Origin: Mobula birostris
Taxonomy: Eukaryota
DNA length: 64,000 nt
Direction of reading: 5' to 3'
Assembly: GCF_030028105.1 (NCBI RefSeq)
Contig: NC_092378.1
Location: 87,775,764 to 87,839,763 of the forward strand
Every line of letters begins with the position of its first letter. Positions within the stretch are counted from its first letter, which is position 1. The position numbers were made by a program, and so were the translations under genes. Under the pieces are notes generated by a model. The model saw nothing but the letters and a program-made list of their open reading frames with translations, made no database searches and was not told the DNA's origin. Positions 27,355 to 40,635 of the stretch are shown here, piece by piece.

Positions 27355-28070
27355 CTCAGAATCAGAATCAGGTTTATTATCACTGGCATGTGTTGTGAGA
27401 TTTGTTAACTTAGTAGCAGCAGTTCAATGCAATACATAATCTAGAAGAAGAGAATAAATAAGTAGATAAATTACAGTATGTGTATGTTGAATAGATTAAA
27501 AATTGTGCAAAAACAAATAGTACATATTTAAAAGGTGAAGTAGTGTCCAAAGGTTCAGTATCCATTTAGGAATCGAATGGCAGAGGAGAAGAAGCTGTTC
27601 TTGAATTGCTGAGTGTGTGCCTTCAGGCTTCTGTACCTCCTACCTGATGGTAACAATAAGAAAAGGGCATACCCTGGGTGCTGGGGGTCCTTAATTAATG
27701 GGTGATGTCTTTCTGAGACACTGCTCCTTGAAGATGTCCTGGGTACTTTGTAGACTTGTACACAAGATGGAGCCAACTAAATTTACAGTCCTCTACAGTC
27801 TAACATCGGCCTCTAAGACAGAGATCACAGGGTCACCAGTTGCAGCAGGGATCTTCACAGTTGTAGTTATATTCTCCCTTTCAAAGCTGATATAGAAGGT
27901 GTTAAGTTCACTTGGTAGTGAAGCATCGCTGCCATTCATGCTATTGGGTTTCACTTTGTAGGAAGTAATATCTTGCAAACCCTGCTAGAATTGTTGTCAG
28001 AATCCGATGCCACCTTCAACCTCGTTTGAAATTGTCTCTTTGCCCTTGAAATAGCCCACCGCTAGTCATA
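27355..28070 (-). mobile_element. Rex1/L2-like LINE fragment
   Basis: (ATTCTG)n tail; peptides LLPSGRRYRSLKAHTQQFKNSFFSSAIR and SLPSELNTFY; same family as 15661-16626. Confidence 0.7.
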
Positions 28071-30211
28071 GCTGATAGATGAACAGCACAGTTCCTCAGC
28101 ATTTTGTGTGTGTGTTGCTGAAGATTTTCAGCATCTGCAGAATCTTTTGTGTCTCTGTGAGGATAAATAAGACCATAACATGTAGGAGCAGAATTAGGCC
28201 ATTCAGCCATTGAGTGTGCCCCACCATTCAATCATTGGCTGATCCATTTCGTCCAGTCGTCCCCACTCCCCTGCCTTCTCCCCATACCCTTTGATGCCCC
28301 AGCTAATCAAGAACCTATCTATCTCTGCCTTAAATACACCCGGTGACCTGGCCTCCTCAGCCACTTGTGGCAACAAATTCCACAGATTTACCACCCTCTG
28401 ACTAAAGTAATTTCCCCACATCTTTGTTCTAAATGGACATCCTAAAAATGACTGCATTTCAGACAGGAGGATGTTATTCAATAGAAATATGCATATTTGC
28501 AGATATGAAAGGATAACTTGTTATGACAAGGATCTGAGAAATTAGTATTTTAGGTGAAGATACAAGTATATAGAAGATTTTGCCTTATGAAGATTTTTAG
28601 TGGACACAGCTCAGTCCATTACAGGAAAAGCCCTCCCTACCATTGAGCACATCTACAAGGAGCACTGCCACAAGAAAGCAGCATTCAATGTCAATGACGG
28701 CCATCATCCAATCCATGATCTCTTCTCACTGCTGCCATTGGGAAGATGCACGGAGCCTTAAGTCCCACAGCACCAGCTCCCTCTCCCTCTGTACCCTCTC
28801 CATCTCCCTCTGTACCCTCTCTCTCTCCCTCTTAGCACCAATATCAGTCATGGCCTAGCCTAGGACTAAGCTCTCCTCCTGCACAAAGAAAGTCCCCCTT
28901 TAAAATTCCTTTAAAGCATCACATAATATTACTGCAGTACATTTCCTTTCCATGGTTGTACCAGCTGTGCCCATTTATCTCTTATGACCTTCAGCCCACA
29001 CACATAATTTAGGAAAACAGAGACAACAGGTCTGTAAGGAGGAAAACATTCATTGTCTCATCTCAGGGGTATGCATTGGTGCACATCTGAAGACTATCAC
29101 AACATTCCAAGGTGACGCCATTTTGTCTTCAAACTGTATACTGTTTACTAAGGTGGAATCACAATTAACTTTTTCCTTAAAGTATGTGGTGGCACATATA
29201 TACTTTGATATTAAATTTACTTTGAATTTTGAACTTTGACACATGCAGCAGAGGATGTACCACAAAGGTTCAGCAGATTGATTCCTGTGATTGAGAATTA
29301 AAACAAATGCTGAGGAAATAATTAGGATGGATAAAAAAGAACTTGATTGAAGAGATTTTCTTTGAGGATTTTCTTAAAAGGAAGAGGGGGTGGAGAGGTT
29401 TAAGGACCAGAATGTGGGGTCAAAACTAACTTGTATGATGATCAGTAATCAGATGTGGGAATGGGAAATTAGAAGCTCCACTCAGAGGACCAACATTCAA
29501 AGGTGGTCGTGGTGGGTTGGGAGGAGTGTGGGCGTGAGAATAGTGGTATTCTTAGAGACAGATTTAGGCAGGGCAGGAAGGGATTGAGGTAGAATGGGAT
29601 TGAGAGAGAATGCAGATCAGCAAGGTAATGGATACTAATTTGAGGGGACAATGCTGCAGAATTTTTATGAGCTGAGGGTTGGAGCCAGCAGGAAATGATC
29701 TATTGGTATAATCAAATTGAAGCAAAAACCATAGCAGATGAGGGTGTCATTTGCACATATTCAGGTCAGGTTAAATAGAACCAAGAATTTGCAAAGAATG
29801 CAGTAAATGGAAGGAATTCAGCTTTTTGTATGATTGTGGTGGTAACTCCAGTTTGTGAAAGCTTGTAATTGAAAAGAATTATGGTTTATCCAAAGCTGAA
29901 AATCACATGAACAGTCTGAGAACAAGAATAAGGGAATCGAGGCAAATGGTCTTGAATTTGGGATTGAGCAAATAAACTATTTTTGTCCTGAATGACTGGC
30001 TTCTGATTCTCAGCATCCACTTATGGGAAACAACACCCTTGCATCTATTCTGTCATGACATTTAAGAATTTTATTTGCTTCAGTGAGATCACTTGTGTCC
30101 TTCAAAAATCTGGAGATAAAGACTGCTTAATTTTTCTTCATAGGCCATACACCCCATCCCAGGGATCAATCTAATGAACCTTTTTCAACTCTCGTTTTTT
30201 TAACTCTGGTA

Positions 30212-30870
30212 ACTCAAGCTGCTGTGCAGCTTGACTCTGTGGTTAAGAAGGCATATGGTGCATTGGCCTTCATCAATTGTGGGATTGAATTTAAGAGCCA
30301 AGAGGTAATGTTACAGCTATGTAGGACCCTGGTCAGACACCACTTGGAGTACTGTGCTCAGTTCTGGTCACCTCACTACAGGAAGGATGTGGAAACTATA
30401 GAAAGGGTGCAGAGGAGATTTACAAGGATGTTGCCTGGATTGGGGAGCATGCCTCATGAGAATAGGTTGAGTGAACTTGGCCTTTTCTCCTTGGAGTGAC
30501 GGAGGATGAGAGGTGACCTGATAGAGGTGTACAAGATGATGACAGGCATTGATCGTGTGGACACTCAGAGGCTTTTTCCCAGGGCTGAAATCGCTAATAC
30601 AAGAGGGCACAGTTTTAAGGTGCTTGGAAGTAGGAACAGAGGAGATGTCAAGGGTAAATTTTTTACGCAGAGAGCGGTGAGTGCATGGAATGGGCTGCCG
30701 GTGTCAGTGGTGGAGGCGGATACAATAGATTCTTTTAAGAGACTCTTGGATAGGCACATGGAGCTGAGAAAAATAGAGGGCTATGGGTAACCCTAGGTAA
30801 TTTCTAAAGTAAGTACAGCATTGTGGGCCGAAGGTCCTGTATTGTGCTGTAGGTTTTCTGTTTCTATGTA
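30212..30870 (+). mobile_element. 5'-truncated CR1 LINE
   Basis: RHHLEYCAQFWSPHYRKD...RGDLIEVYK...IEGYG*; near-identical to 3407-4530. Confidence 0.9.
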
Positions 30871-31239
30871 ATTCAGATCATCCTTAACTTTAACATGTAA
30901 CTTATTTCAATAGAAATCAAATGAAATGTTTGAAATTCTTATATTCTTATATGGTGTGAAAGGGTAGGTGTGGAGATGATGTTCTGAATTAGGATTCATG
31001 CTCTCAGAAAAAGAAACTGCATTTTCAGGACTGAAATGAAAAGTTTTTTCAACGAGGTCAGTGAATCTTCCTAATTTCCTTCCCTAAATTTGAAGAAGGG
31101 GATAGGGAGGTCATTCATTGACTATATTTAAGATTGAGGACAATATCTTTCAGATACAATGGGAATCAAAAGATCTCAGCGTAGAATAAACCACAACGCG
31201 ATTGAACGTTAGCCTTCTGTTTCACTCTAGGTAAGGGCT

Positions 31240-31620
31240 GAAGCGGTTCAAAATGCTTTTATGGAAACTACAGGAAACACCGAGGCATAACTTCGCCGCC
31301 AGCGCGGTAAGAGGCGGCTCTCGCCCGGAAATCTCGCGAGACCTAGGAGAGGAGGGCGCCGGCGAGGAGGGAGATCCAAGCGCGAACGTGGGGTCAACGG
31401 GAGAGCGGCGGCCGGTCGGCCGGCAGGTGAACCAAGTCCCAGGGTACCCAGTTTAGGGTGACCGCACGACCCCATCAGGCAGGGCATTAGTGAGGTGTGC
31501 AATCTTCCGTGGAACTCCAGAGCGTCCTGGCCCTCCGCTCCAACCGGCACCGGAGCTCCGGCGCAGCGGCAGACTCTTCTCCCCAGCCCTAGGCTGTCGG
31601 CATTCTGCAGCGGTAGCTGA
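31240..31620 (+). promoter_or_regulatory. CpG-island promoter and non-coding first exon of MAD1L1
   Basis: CpG-rich island; TCTCGCGAGA palindrome 31332-31341; CCGGAAA ETS-like just upstream; TTCAAA (CHR-like) 31247-31252; GCGCGAA (E2F-like) 31380-31386; candidate donor CAG|gtgaac at 31426/31427. Only island upstream of the MAD1L1 ATG exon. Confidence 0.7.
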
Positions 31621-32349
31621 GCCTGCTCCTTTGCCCTGTAGAAAGGAGTTACTGAACTAGCCCCTTTACTCTCTGCAAGGAGCCAGTGGACCACAGTCCT
31701 CTTCAAACGTCAGTAGAAGGTCAGTAATCCCTCATCCCTGCTCCAGCACTCAGTGACAATGCCGCAACCCCTCTTTCCTCAGCTAACTCGACATCTTCGT
31801 TGAACTCTATTTTGAATACACTCAGTGACTGAGCCTGCACCGTCCTCCAGAGTAGAGAATTCCTGATTCACCATTCTTTGGATGAAGAGCTTTCTCCTTG
31901 TTTTGTGACTGTGACCTGCTTTTAGATTCCCGCGTTGCGGGCGTCGCTGTATAATGATTTGGAGGAGTTAAGAAACGAATCTAAAAAAAATATCTGTTGC
32001 ACCTTGACCCATCCCAACTGAAAGTTTGGGAACATCTTGGTTTTGGTGAGGTAGCTACTGGCTGCATGAACTCATTTCCCTTCTCAAGTGCAGTGGTTAG
32101 AAACTTGGTAGAAGAGGGCCCAAAAGACTGTCAGTACATTCACATACATTACCCTTGAGCCCATTAATGCAGATATAATTGAGCAACTGGGGCCACCATA
32201 CTGATTTCTTTGACACCAAAATTACATCTTTATTCCATGCTGTTTTTTTGTCTTTTAACCACTGCACAACCCTTATAACTAAATTATATTTAGTATTGTG
32301 TGCTCCAGTTTTGATGTGTGGCACCTTATCAGGGTCACTTAAAGGTTAC

Positions 32350-34070
32350 ATTAACAGACTTACCCTGGTTGGTCCTTCTGAAGTGCAGAACCTCACACTT
32401 GTCTGCATTAAATTACATCTGCCATCTTTCAGCCCATTTTACCAGCTGGTCCGGATCCCATTGCAAGCATTGATGATCTTTCTCACTGATCGCTACACCC
32501 TCAGTCTGGTATCATTCACAAATTTACTGATCCAGTTGACCACATTATCATCCAGGTCATTGATATAGATGACAAACATCAAAGGACCCAGCACCGATCC
32601 CTGTGGCACTCCACTAGTCACAGGCCTCCAGTCAGAGAAGCAACCATCTACTCACTAGCACATTCTGACTTCTCTCACAAAGTCAACGTTTAATCCAATT
32701 TACTACCTCAGCAAAGTGACTGAACCTTCTTGATCAACCTTCCATGCAGGATTCTATCATGTGCCTTGCTAAAGGCCACGTAGACAACATCCACTGCCTT
32801 GTCTTCTTCAACTTTTTTGGTAACTTCCTCGAAAAACTCAGTAAGATTTGTTAGACATGATCTACCACTCACAAAGCCAAATACTCATGTATCCAGTACA
32901 GTACCTTAGAATACCTTCCAATAACTTTCCCACTACTGATGTCAGGCTCATCGGCCTATAATTTCCTGGTTTATTTGTAGAGCTTTCTTAAACAGTGGAA
33001 CAACATTGGCTATCCTCTGCCCCCTCTTCTGTCTCTAAGGCTAGGGCTCCGGTAATTTCTGCGCTTGCCTCCCGCAGAATCTGAGAGAACACCCTTGTCA
33101 GGCCCTAGTTTGCTTCAAGATAGCAAACCCTCCTCCTCTGTAATCTGTATATGAGTTCATAAAGTTGATGCTGTTTTGCTGGTAGTCTCAGAGTCTGTAT
33201 CCTGAGTAAATACAGATACAATATATGCATTTAGATCTCCCCCCATCTCTTTGGCTTCATGCATGGATTACCATTCTGATCTTTCAGATGACCAATTTTG
33301 TCACTTGCAATCCATGTGCTCTTAACAGATCTGTAAAATCCATTAGGATTCCTTCACCTTGTGTGCTGGGACAACCTCATGCTTTCTTTTAGCCCACCTG
33401 ATTTCTTTCTTAAGTGTTCTCTTGCATGTCTTGTACTCCATAAGCACCTCATTTTTTTTCTTAAGCCTCAATATTTCTTGAAAACCAAGATTCCCTACAC
33501 CTGTTATTTTTACCTTTTAATCTGATAGGCTCATAGAGTCATAGAGTAGTACAGCCCAGAAACAGGCCATCTGGCCCATCTAGTCCATGCCAAAACTGTT
33601 TGAACTGTCTATCCCCATTGACCTGAACTGGGACCACAGCCATGCGTGTCCCTACTATCCATGTACCTATCCAAACTTCTCTTAAAGTTTGAAATAGAGC
33701 TCACATGTACCACTTGTGTTGGCAGCTCGTTCCACACACTCATATGAGTGAAGAAGTTTCCCCTCATATTCTCCTTAAACTTCTCACCTTTCACTCTTAA
33801 CCCATGACCTCTTGTAGTCCTACTCAATCTCAGTGGAAAAAGCCTGTTTGCATTTACCCTCATAATTTTGTATACCTCTGCCAAATCTTACGCAAGCTTT
33901 TTTCTTTCAAAATTTCACTTTTGAAGGCCTCAGAGTTACCAAGTACACTTTTGCCAGAAAACAGCCTGTCGCAATCCACACTTGCCAGGTCCTTTCTGAT
34001 GCCATCAAAATAATTTTTTTTCCAATTTAGAATCTGGACCCGTAGACCAGACCTATCTTTTTTGCATATT
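32350..34070 (-). mobile_element. CR1 LINE fragments (older copy with a nested CR1 3' end at ~33530-33880)
   Basis: Reverse-complement similarity to 55080-58375; peptide EVYKIMRVNANRLFPLR. Confidence 0.75.
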
Positions 34071-35839
34071 TCTAGCCCAGGAGTACCCAACCTTTTTTAT
34101 GCCATGGACTCATTCCATTAACCGAGGGGTCCGTGGTTGGGAACCCCTAGCCTTTGAATGATTTGCCCTAACTCTTAGATTGGGAATGTAGAATTATTAG
34201 TGGTGGAATTTCTATTATCCTACACCCTCCTTTTTAAAATAATAGGTCTGAAGTTGATCCACTGAGAAAACAGTGATTTGATGTGGATATGGTTTTTCTC
34301 ATTGGGAAGAAAGTGCTTCTTGATGGCATTATTGACAATGCTTTCTACCGCTTTGCTGATGATTGAAGCTGGAAGCTGTGGGGAATCCCAAACACAAAAT
34401 AATCTGCAGATGCTGGGGTCAAAGCAACACTGACAACACGCTGGAGAAACTCAGCAGGTGGGGCAGCATCTGTGGAAAAGATCGGTCGACGTTTCGGCCC
34501 GAAACCCTTCGTCATCCCCTCAATCCTTCCACTTTCTGTGACTTTTGCACAGTACTGTATCTTCCCCTCAATCCTTCCACTTTCTGACATGGTGCTCTGG
34601 TTTCCTCCCCTTGCCAAACTAATTTAATCTCTCCTAAGTTGCACCAGTAAACCCCTTTCCTAACTCCTTATACTCACTGTGCAGGCCCTCTTCCCCCTTC
34701 TTACCTTTGTCGTTGGTCCAATGTGCACCATGACCTCTGGCTCCTCAACCTTTTTCTTGAGAATGTTCTGTAGCCACTTTGAGATATTCTTGATCCTGGT
34801 AACCTGGAGGCAACATATCATCCTGCCCACATCTATTGTGGCTATGTCTACAGTCTCTTCCCCTACCTATTGATTCTCTTAGCCTCTTAAATGAATCAGT
34901 TCATTTTAAAAGGCAGCTATCAGATAAATAGCTGCTTTGGAATGAAAAACTATATATGCAATTATGTTTTTATGAATCTTGTAGAATTCCCTTGTCACCA
35001 TTTCTCCATAGAATCTTGACCTTGTACTGAAGAATATGTGTAGTTTAAAGGTAACTATTGGATAAACAGCTTCTTTGGTATGATATAGTTTATATGCAAT
35101 TATGCTCGAAGTAGCCTTATAGTATTCCCTTAAGTCACCATTTTTCATTGGAGTCTTGACCTTGTACTCTGTTTTTGATTGTATGGGAATGCTGCAATAT
35201 TAGCAGTGTTGGTCTTTGGATAACATGTTAAACTGGTACCACATGCTGTCTATTATTATGAAAAATAACAGTAGTGTTCAAGGGTATGAGTAATATTTAT
35301 CCTCCAACATAAATAGAGCTGGTGGAATCATGCTGCATTCAAGTTAGTTGCTATGTTATCTACATTTTGACACTTCATTAAAATACTTTATTGATATTTT
35401 ATGACATCAAGCAGTTTCCTATCGATATGCAAATCTTACTTTATGGATAATCAGAAATCCTAGAAATAATCTATTTGTGAAATAGACACTGGATATTTTA
35501 GTCCTAAAGGAGGCACCTGAATTCAGTTCTGTCCATGATTCATTAAGTCATCAAATCATCAGTATTTTGCTATGGATTGTATAACTGTTCATGTACCCTG
35601 CCTTGTCCCTTTTTAAAATACATTAGTGATTGTTGAGAAAAAGGCAGATACTGCTACTCTCATATCCGTGTCACTAGAGTGACTTGTTTAAAGGTGAAAT
35701 AGTAAGAGCTCAGGGTCAGCAAGTCTTTGTGAGAGTAAGAGGCAAGATGGCAACATTAGGGAACCTGGACTAATAAAAGAAGTTGACAATTTTGTTGGAA
35801 ATAACAAGGCCGCTTGTGTCAGGTATAGACACAGAAACA

Positions 35840-38800
35840 ATAGAAACATAGAAAACCTACAGCACAATACAAGCCCTTCAACCCATAATGCTGTGCCAAA
35901 CATGTACTTACTTTAGAAATTACCTAGGGTTACCCATAGCCCTCTATCTTCCTCAGCTCCGTGTACCTATCCAAGAGTCTCTTAAAAGACCCTATCGTAT
36001 CTGCCTCCACCACTGTTGTCGGCAGCCCATCCCATGTACTCACCACTCTCTAAAAGAACTTACCTCTGATATCTCCTCTGTATCTACTTCCAAGCACCTT
36101 AAAACTGTGCCCTCTCGCGTTATCCATTTCAGCCCTGAGAAAAGGCTTCTGACTATCAACACAATCAATGCCTCTCATTATCTTGTATACCTCTATCAGG
36201 TCAGCTCTCATCCTCTGTCGCTCCAAGGACAAAAGGCCAAGTTCACTCAACCTATTCTCATAAGGCAAGCTCCCCAAACGAGGCAACATCCTTGTAAATC
36301 TCCTCTGCACCCTTTCTATAGTTTCCATATCCTTCCTGTATGTAGTGAGGTGACCAGAACTGAGCACAGTATTCCAAGTGGGATCTGACCAGGGTCCTAT
36401 ATAGCTGTGACATTACAGGTTTCCCCCGCCATCTGAAGGTAGAGCGTTCCTATGAAATGGTTCGTAAGCCGAAATGTCGTAAAGTGAAGAAGCAATTACC
36501 ATTTATTTATATGGGAAAATTTTGTGAGCGTTCGCAGACCCAAAAATAACCTACCAATTCATGCCAAATAACACATAAAACCTAAAATAACAGTAACATA
36601 TGGTAAAAGCAGGAATGATATGATTAAGACACAGCCTATATAAAGTAGAAATGCTTTTCCACAATCATTGCTGCACTGTTTGCTGAAGCGAAAATTACAT
36701 GCAAGCGCTCTCGGCAGAAAATCTCACAAGCGCTCTCCGCAGAAACATGGCGCAGGCTCTCTCCAGTAACCTTTAAGCTATGAAGCTGCCAAATCATACC
36801 AAATAACACGTAAAAATACACAGCCGATATGAAGTAGAAATAATGTATGTACAGTGTAGTATCACTTAAGAGAACCGGGAAGACAGTGCAGAGCTCACTG
36901 ATGATGGTGTGTTAGACTGAGTTGTTGGAGTTTGGGTGGTGCAGTGGCCCTGCACCCTCCAGGCCACCGACCGATACATTGCCGCGAGGCACACAGGAGT
37001 CCAGCGGTAGCCGGGAGGCACACAGTACATATTTAAGAAAAAATCCGAAATAAACATGCTAATTAATTAGGTGCCACCCGACATGTAATTGTCGGCTCAG
37101 ATCAGTGCCGATTGCGGATTTTTCTTAAAGATGTGCTGTGTGTCTCCCGACTACTGCTGCATTCTCCGCGAATCGGTACTGTATCTGGGTGTTGGGGTGG
37201 TGGGACACTGGGGTGTCATCTTGTCGTCTGTTTCCATTAGAGCAGGCAGCTCATCTTCTCCTATAACTGCCCGCCTCGATGTTGGAAGGTCGAGGTTCGT
37301 CGTCTGCTGTGGCTGATGTGGAAAGCTTGCTTGACTGCTGAGCCTCGCGCATTTTTCTATCATACAGTTCTTTGTAAGGACTGAAACCATCTTGCAAATA
37401 TCCCCTAAACCGACGTACCCTTTCAAAATTAAAGTCGTACTTTATCATTGCAGCGAAAATCTCACGCAGTGGCTTCACGTTCATTTCGCTACTGCATTCG
37501 GTTTCGATTGTTATTCTTTCCTCTTCCAATTGCATCAACTCTTCATCTATCAGTTCTTGGTCATGGGATGCCAAAACCTCTTCAACATCATCTTCGTCAG
37601 CTTCCACAAGTCAAACTCACTTTGACTTCGTTCACCACGATCAAAACGCTTAATTATGTCTAGTTTTACGCTAAATCGAGCTCTTTCAGGCTTTTCCAAT
37701 ACCTCAGAACTCGTCTTGCAAACGGCTGCTCACTGCAACATGTTAAAGCAATGCCGTTCCGAATCCAAGGGAGAGTGGCTGCTTGGGGCGCGGCATTTTA
37801 TCGCGCGCTGATTTTTTTCGTAACAGTGAAAACACCTTCTGAAAGCGAAAACAGGGTACTAATGTAGGTCTTTCATAACAGTGAGGTTTCATAAAGCAAA
37901 CGTTCGAAAAGCGGCGGACACCTGCACCTCTCAGCTCTTGAACTCAATCCCATGGTTGATGAAGACCAATGCACTGTATGCCTTCTTAACCACACAGTCA
38001 ACCTGTGCAGCAACCTTTGAGTGTCCTATGGACTCGGACCCCAAGATTCCTCTGATCCTCCACACTGCCAAGACTCTTGCCATGAATACTATATTCTGCC
38101 ATCGTATTTGACCTACCAAAATGAACCACCTCACATTTACCTGAGTTGAACTCCATCTGCCACTTCTTAGCCCAGTTTTGCATCCTATCGATGTCCCACT
38201 GTAACCTCTGACAGCCCTCCATACTATCCACAGCACCCCCAACCTTTGTGTCATCAGCAAATTTACTAACCCATCCCTCCACTTCCTCATCCAGGTCATT
38301 TATAAAAATCAAGAAGAGAAGGGGTCCCAGAACAGATCCCTGAGGCACACCACTGGTCACCAATCTCCGTGCAGAATATGACCTGTCTACAACCACACTT
38401 TGTCTTCTGTGAGCATGCCAATTCTGCATCCACAAAGCAAGGTCCCCTTGGATCCTATGCCTCCTTACTTTCTCAATAAGCCTTGCATGGGCTACCTTAT
38501 CAAATGCCTTGCTGAAATCCATATACACTACATCTACTGCTCTACCTTCATCAATGTGTTTAGTCATATTCTCAACAAGTTCAATCAGGCTCGTAAGGCA
38601 TGACCTGCCTTTCACAAAGCCATGCTAACTATTCCTAATCATATTATGCCTCTCCAAATGTTCATAAATCCTGTCTCTCAGGATCTTCTCCATCAACTTA
38701 CCAACCACTGAAGTAAGACTCACTGGTCTATAATTTTCTGGGCTATCTCTACTCTCTTTCTTGAATAAGGAGGCATTTGCAACCCTCCAATCCTCTGGAA

Positions 38801-39545
38801 GCTCTCTTGTCTGCATTGAAGATGCAAGGATCATTGCCAGTGGCTCAGCAATCTCCTCCCTCTCTTTCCACAGCACCCTAGGGTATATCTCCTCGGGTCC
38901 TGGAGACTTATCCAACTTGGTGCTTTCCAAAAGCTCTAGCACATCCTCTTTCTTAATGTCTATATGCTCGGCTTTTCAGTCCACTGTAAGTCATCCCTAC
39001 AATCGCCAAGGTCCTTTTCCGTCGTGAATACTGAAGCAAAATATTCGTTAAGTATCTCTGCTATCTCCTTCGGTTCCATGCACACTTTTCCACTGTCACA
39101 CTTGATTGGTCCTATTCTCTCACTTCTGATCCTCTTGCTCCTCACATACTTGTACAATGCTGTGGGGTTTTCCTTAATCCTGCTCGCCCGCCAAGGCCTT
39201 TTCATGGCCTCTTCTGGGTCTCCTAATTTCACTCTTAAGCTCCTTCCTGCTAGCCTTATAATTTTCTAGATCTCTATGGTTACCTAGTTTTTTGAACCTT
39301 TCGTAAGCTTTTCTTTCTTGACTTGATTTTCAACAGCCTTTGTACACCATGGTTCCTGTACCCTACCATCCTTTCTCTGTCTCAATGGAATGTACCTATG
39401 CAGAACGCGACACAAATATCCCCTGAATATTTGCCACATTTCTGCCATACCGTTCTCTGAGAACATTTGATGCCAATTTATGCTTCCAAGTTCTTGCCTG
39501 ATATTTCCCCTTACTCCAATTAAACACTTTCCTAATTTGTCTGTT
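35840..39545 (-). mobile_element. ~2.2 kb CR1 LINE split by a Tigger-like insertion
   Basis: ORF2 fragments [52 protein letters not shown]; the sequence rejoins seamlessly across 36416-37924. Confidence 0.9.
36416..37924 (-). mobile_element. Tigger/pogo-like DNA transposon, internally deleted (copy 1)
   Basis: TIRs caggtttcccccgc / gcggcggacacctg; TA before and CA (decayed TA) after; acidic transposase C-terminal fragment EADEDDVEEVLASHDQELIDEELMQLEEE. Confidence 0.85.
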
Positions 39546-40391
39546 CCTAGACATTTGATACTGAGGGAACCCTTCGAGTTTAATAGGGGATGATGAGAAA
39601 TTTGGAGTGCAAAAAGAGGACTTTTAATAATCTTGGCTTTTAGGAATAAGGAGAAACACCAAAAACTTTTCAAAGATTTGAATGAATAGTTGTTTTATAT
39701 AATGTTATATGATTTTGTTATATAATGTTATATAATTTTATATAATGCTTATATGAACATTATTGTTCAATAATGAATATTGAATGAATAGTAGCTTTGG
39801 AATGAATAGTTCCCTTCAGAGACCAAAAGGAAATTCTTAAGTGTGGAACCAGAAGATTTTAGTGGAATCTGAAATGAGCACTTCCATTGGTAACTGCCAG
39901 GTAGAGGGATGTGCAAATGGAAAGCGAGGGGATGGGTATGCTGATGTTTTAGAACATGCCTGTGACAGGTAGGACGAATGTTAGAAATATTGGTACACGT
40001 TAACATGCACGAATCCCTAAGACCTAATGGGATCTATTCCAAGATTTCTGGGAAGCAAAAGATCAGATTGGAGATTTAAACATCTTTGTTGGTCGCAAGT
40101 GGGTTACAAAAACTGGAGGATAGCTAATTTTGTTCTCTTATTACAAAAAGGGTAAAGCTGAGAAGCTATATGCTGGTGAACCTGAGGGAAATTATTAGAA
40201 ATTTTTCTAAGGTCTAGGATTGATGTTCATTTGGGAAGCCAGAGATTGATTAGGAGTCAGTATGGTTTTTGAAGAAATCCTATTTCACAATCTGATAGAG
40301 ATTTTTGAGAGGTTACTAAGAAAAGTGATGAAGGTATGGTAGTATACATGAAATTCTGTAAGGTTTTGACTAAAGCTAGTCGTGGAGGTTA

Positions 40392-40635
40392 GGAAACACA
40401 CGCAAAATGCTGGTGGAACACAGCAGGCCAGACAGCATCCGTAGGAAGAAGCACAGTCGACGTTTCGGACGAAGGGTCTTGGCCTGAAATGTCGACTATA
40501 GTCCTGACGAAGGGTCTTGGCCCGAAACATTGACTGTGCTTCTTCCCATGGATGCTGTCTGGCCTGCTGTGTTCCACCAGCATTTTGTGTGTGTTGCTTG
40601 AATTTCCAGCATCTGCAGATTTTCTCGTGTTTGCC
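40392..40635 (+). repeat. Penelope-derived palindromic unit with tandem hammerhead cores, flanked by a 9-bp duplication
   Basis: Inverted arms ~40395-40468 and ~40522-40595; tggaggtta at 40383-40391 and 40636-40644; inserted in a decayed CR1. Confidence 0.8.
40488..40531 (+). ncRNA. Putative type III hammerhead ribozyme
   Basis: AAUGU-C(cleavage)-GAC-UAUA-GUC-CUGACGA-A-GGGU-CUUG-GCCC-GAA-ACAUU: all conserved core nucleotides and three pairable stems. Activity untested. Confidence 0.6.

Noticed and set aside
31248-31706. 152-aa minus-strand ORF
   Set aside because: By-product of the MAD1L1 CpG island; low-complexity Pro/Arg/Leu content.
39697-39750. (TTATATAATG)-like short tandem repeat
   Set aside because: Ordinary AT-rich low-complexity sequence.
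40392-40635. Repeat-spacer appearance suggesting a CRISPR-like array
   Set aside because: Only two tandem units within a palindromic eukaryotic retroelement fragment; no unique spacers or cas genes.
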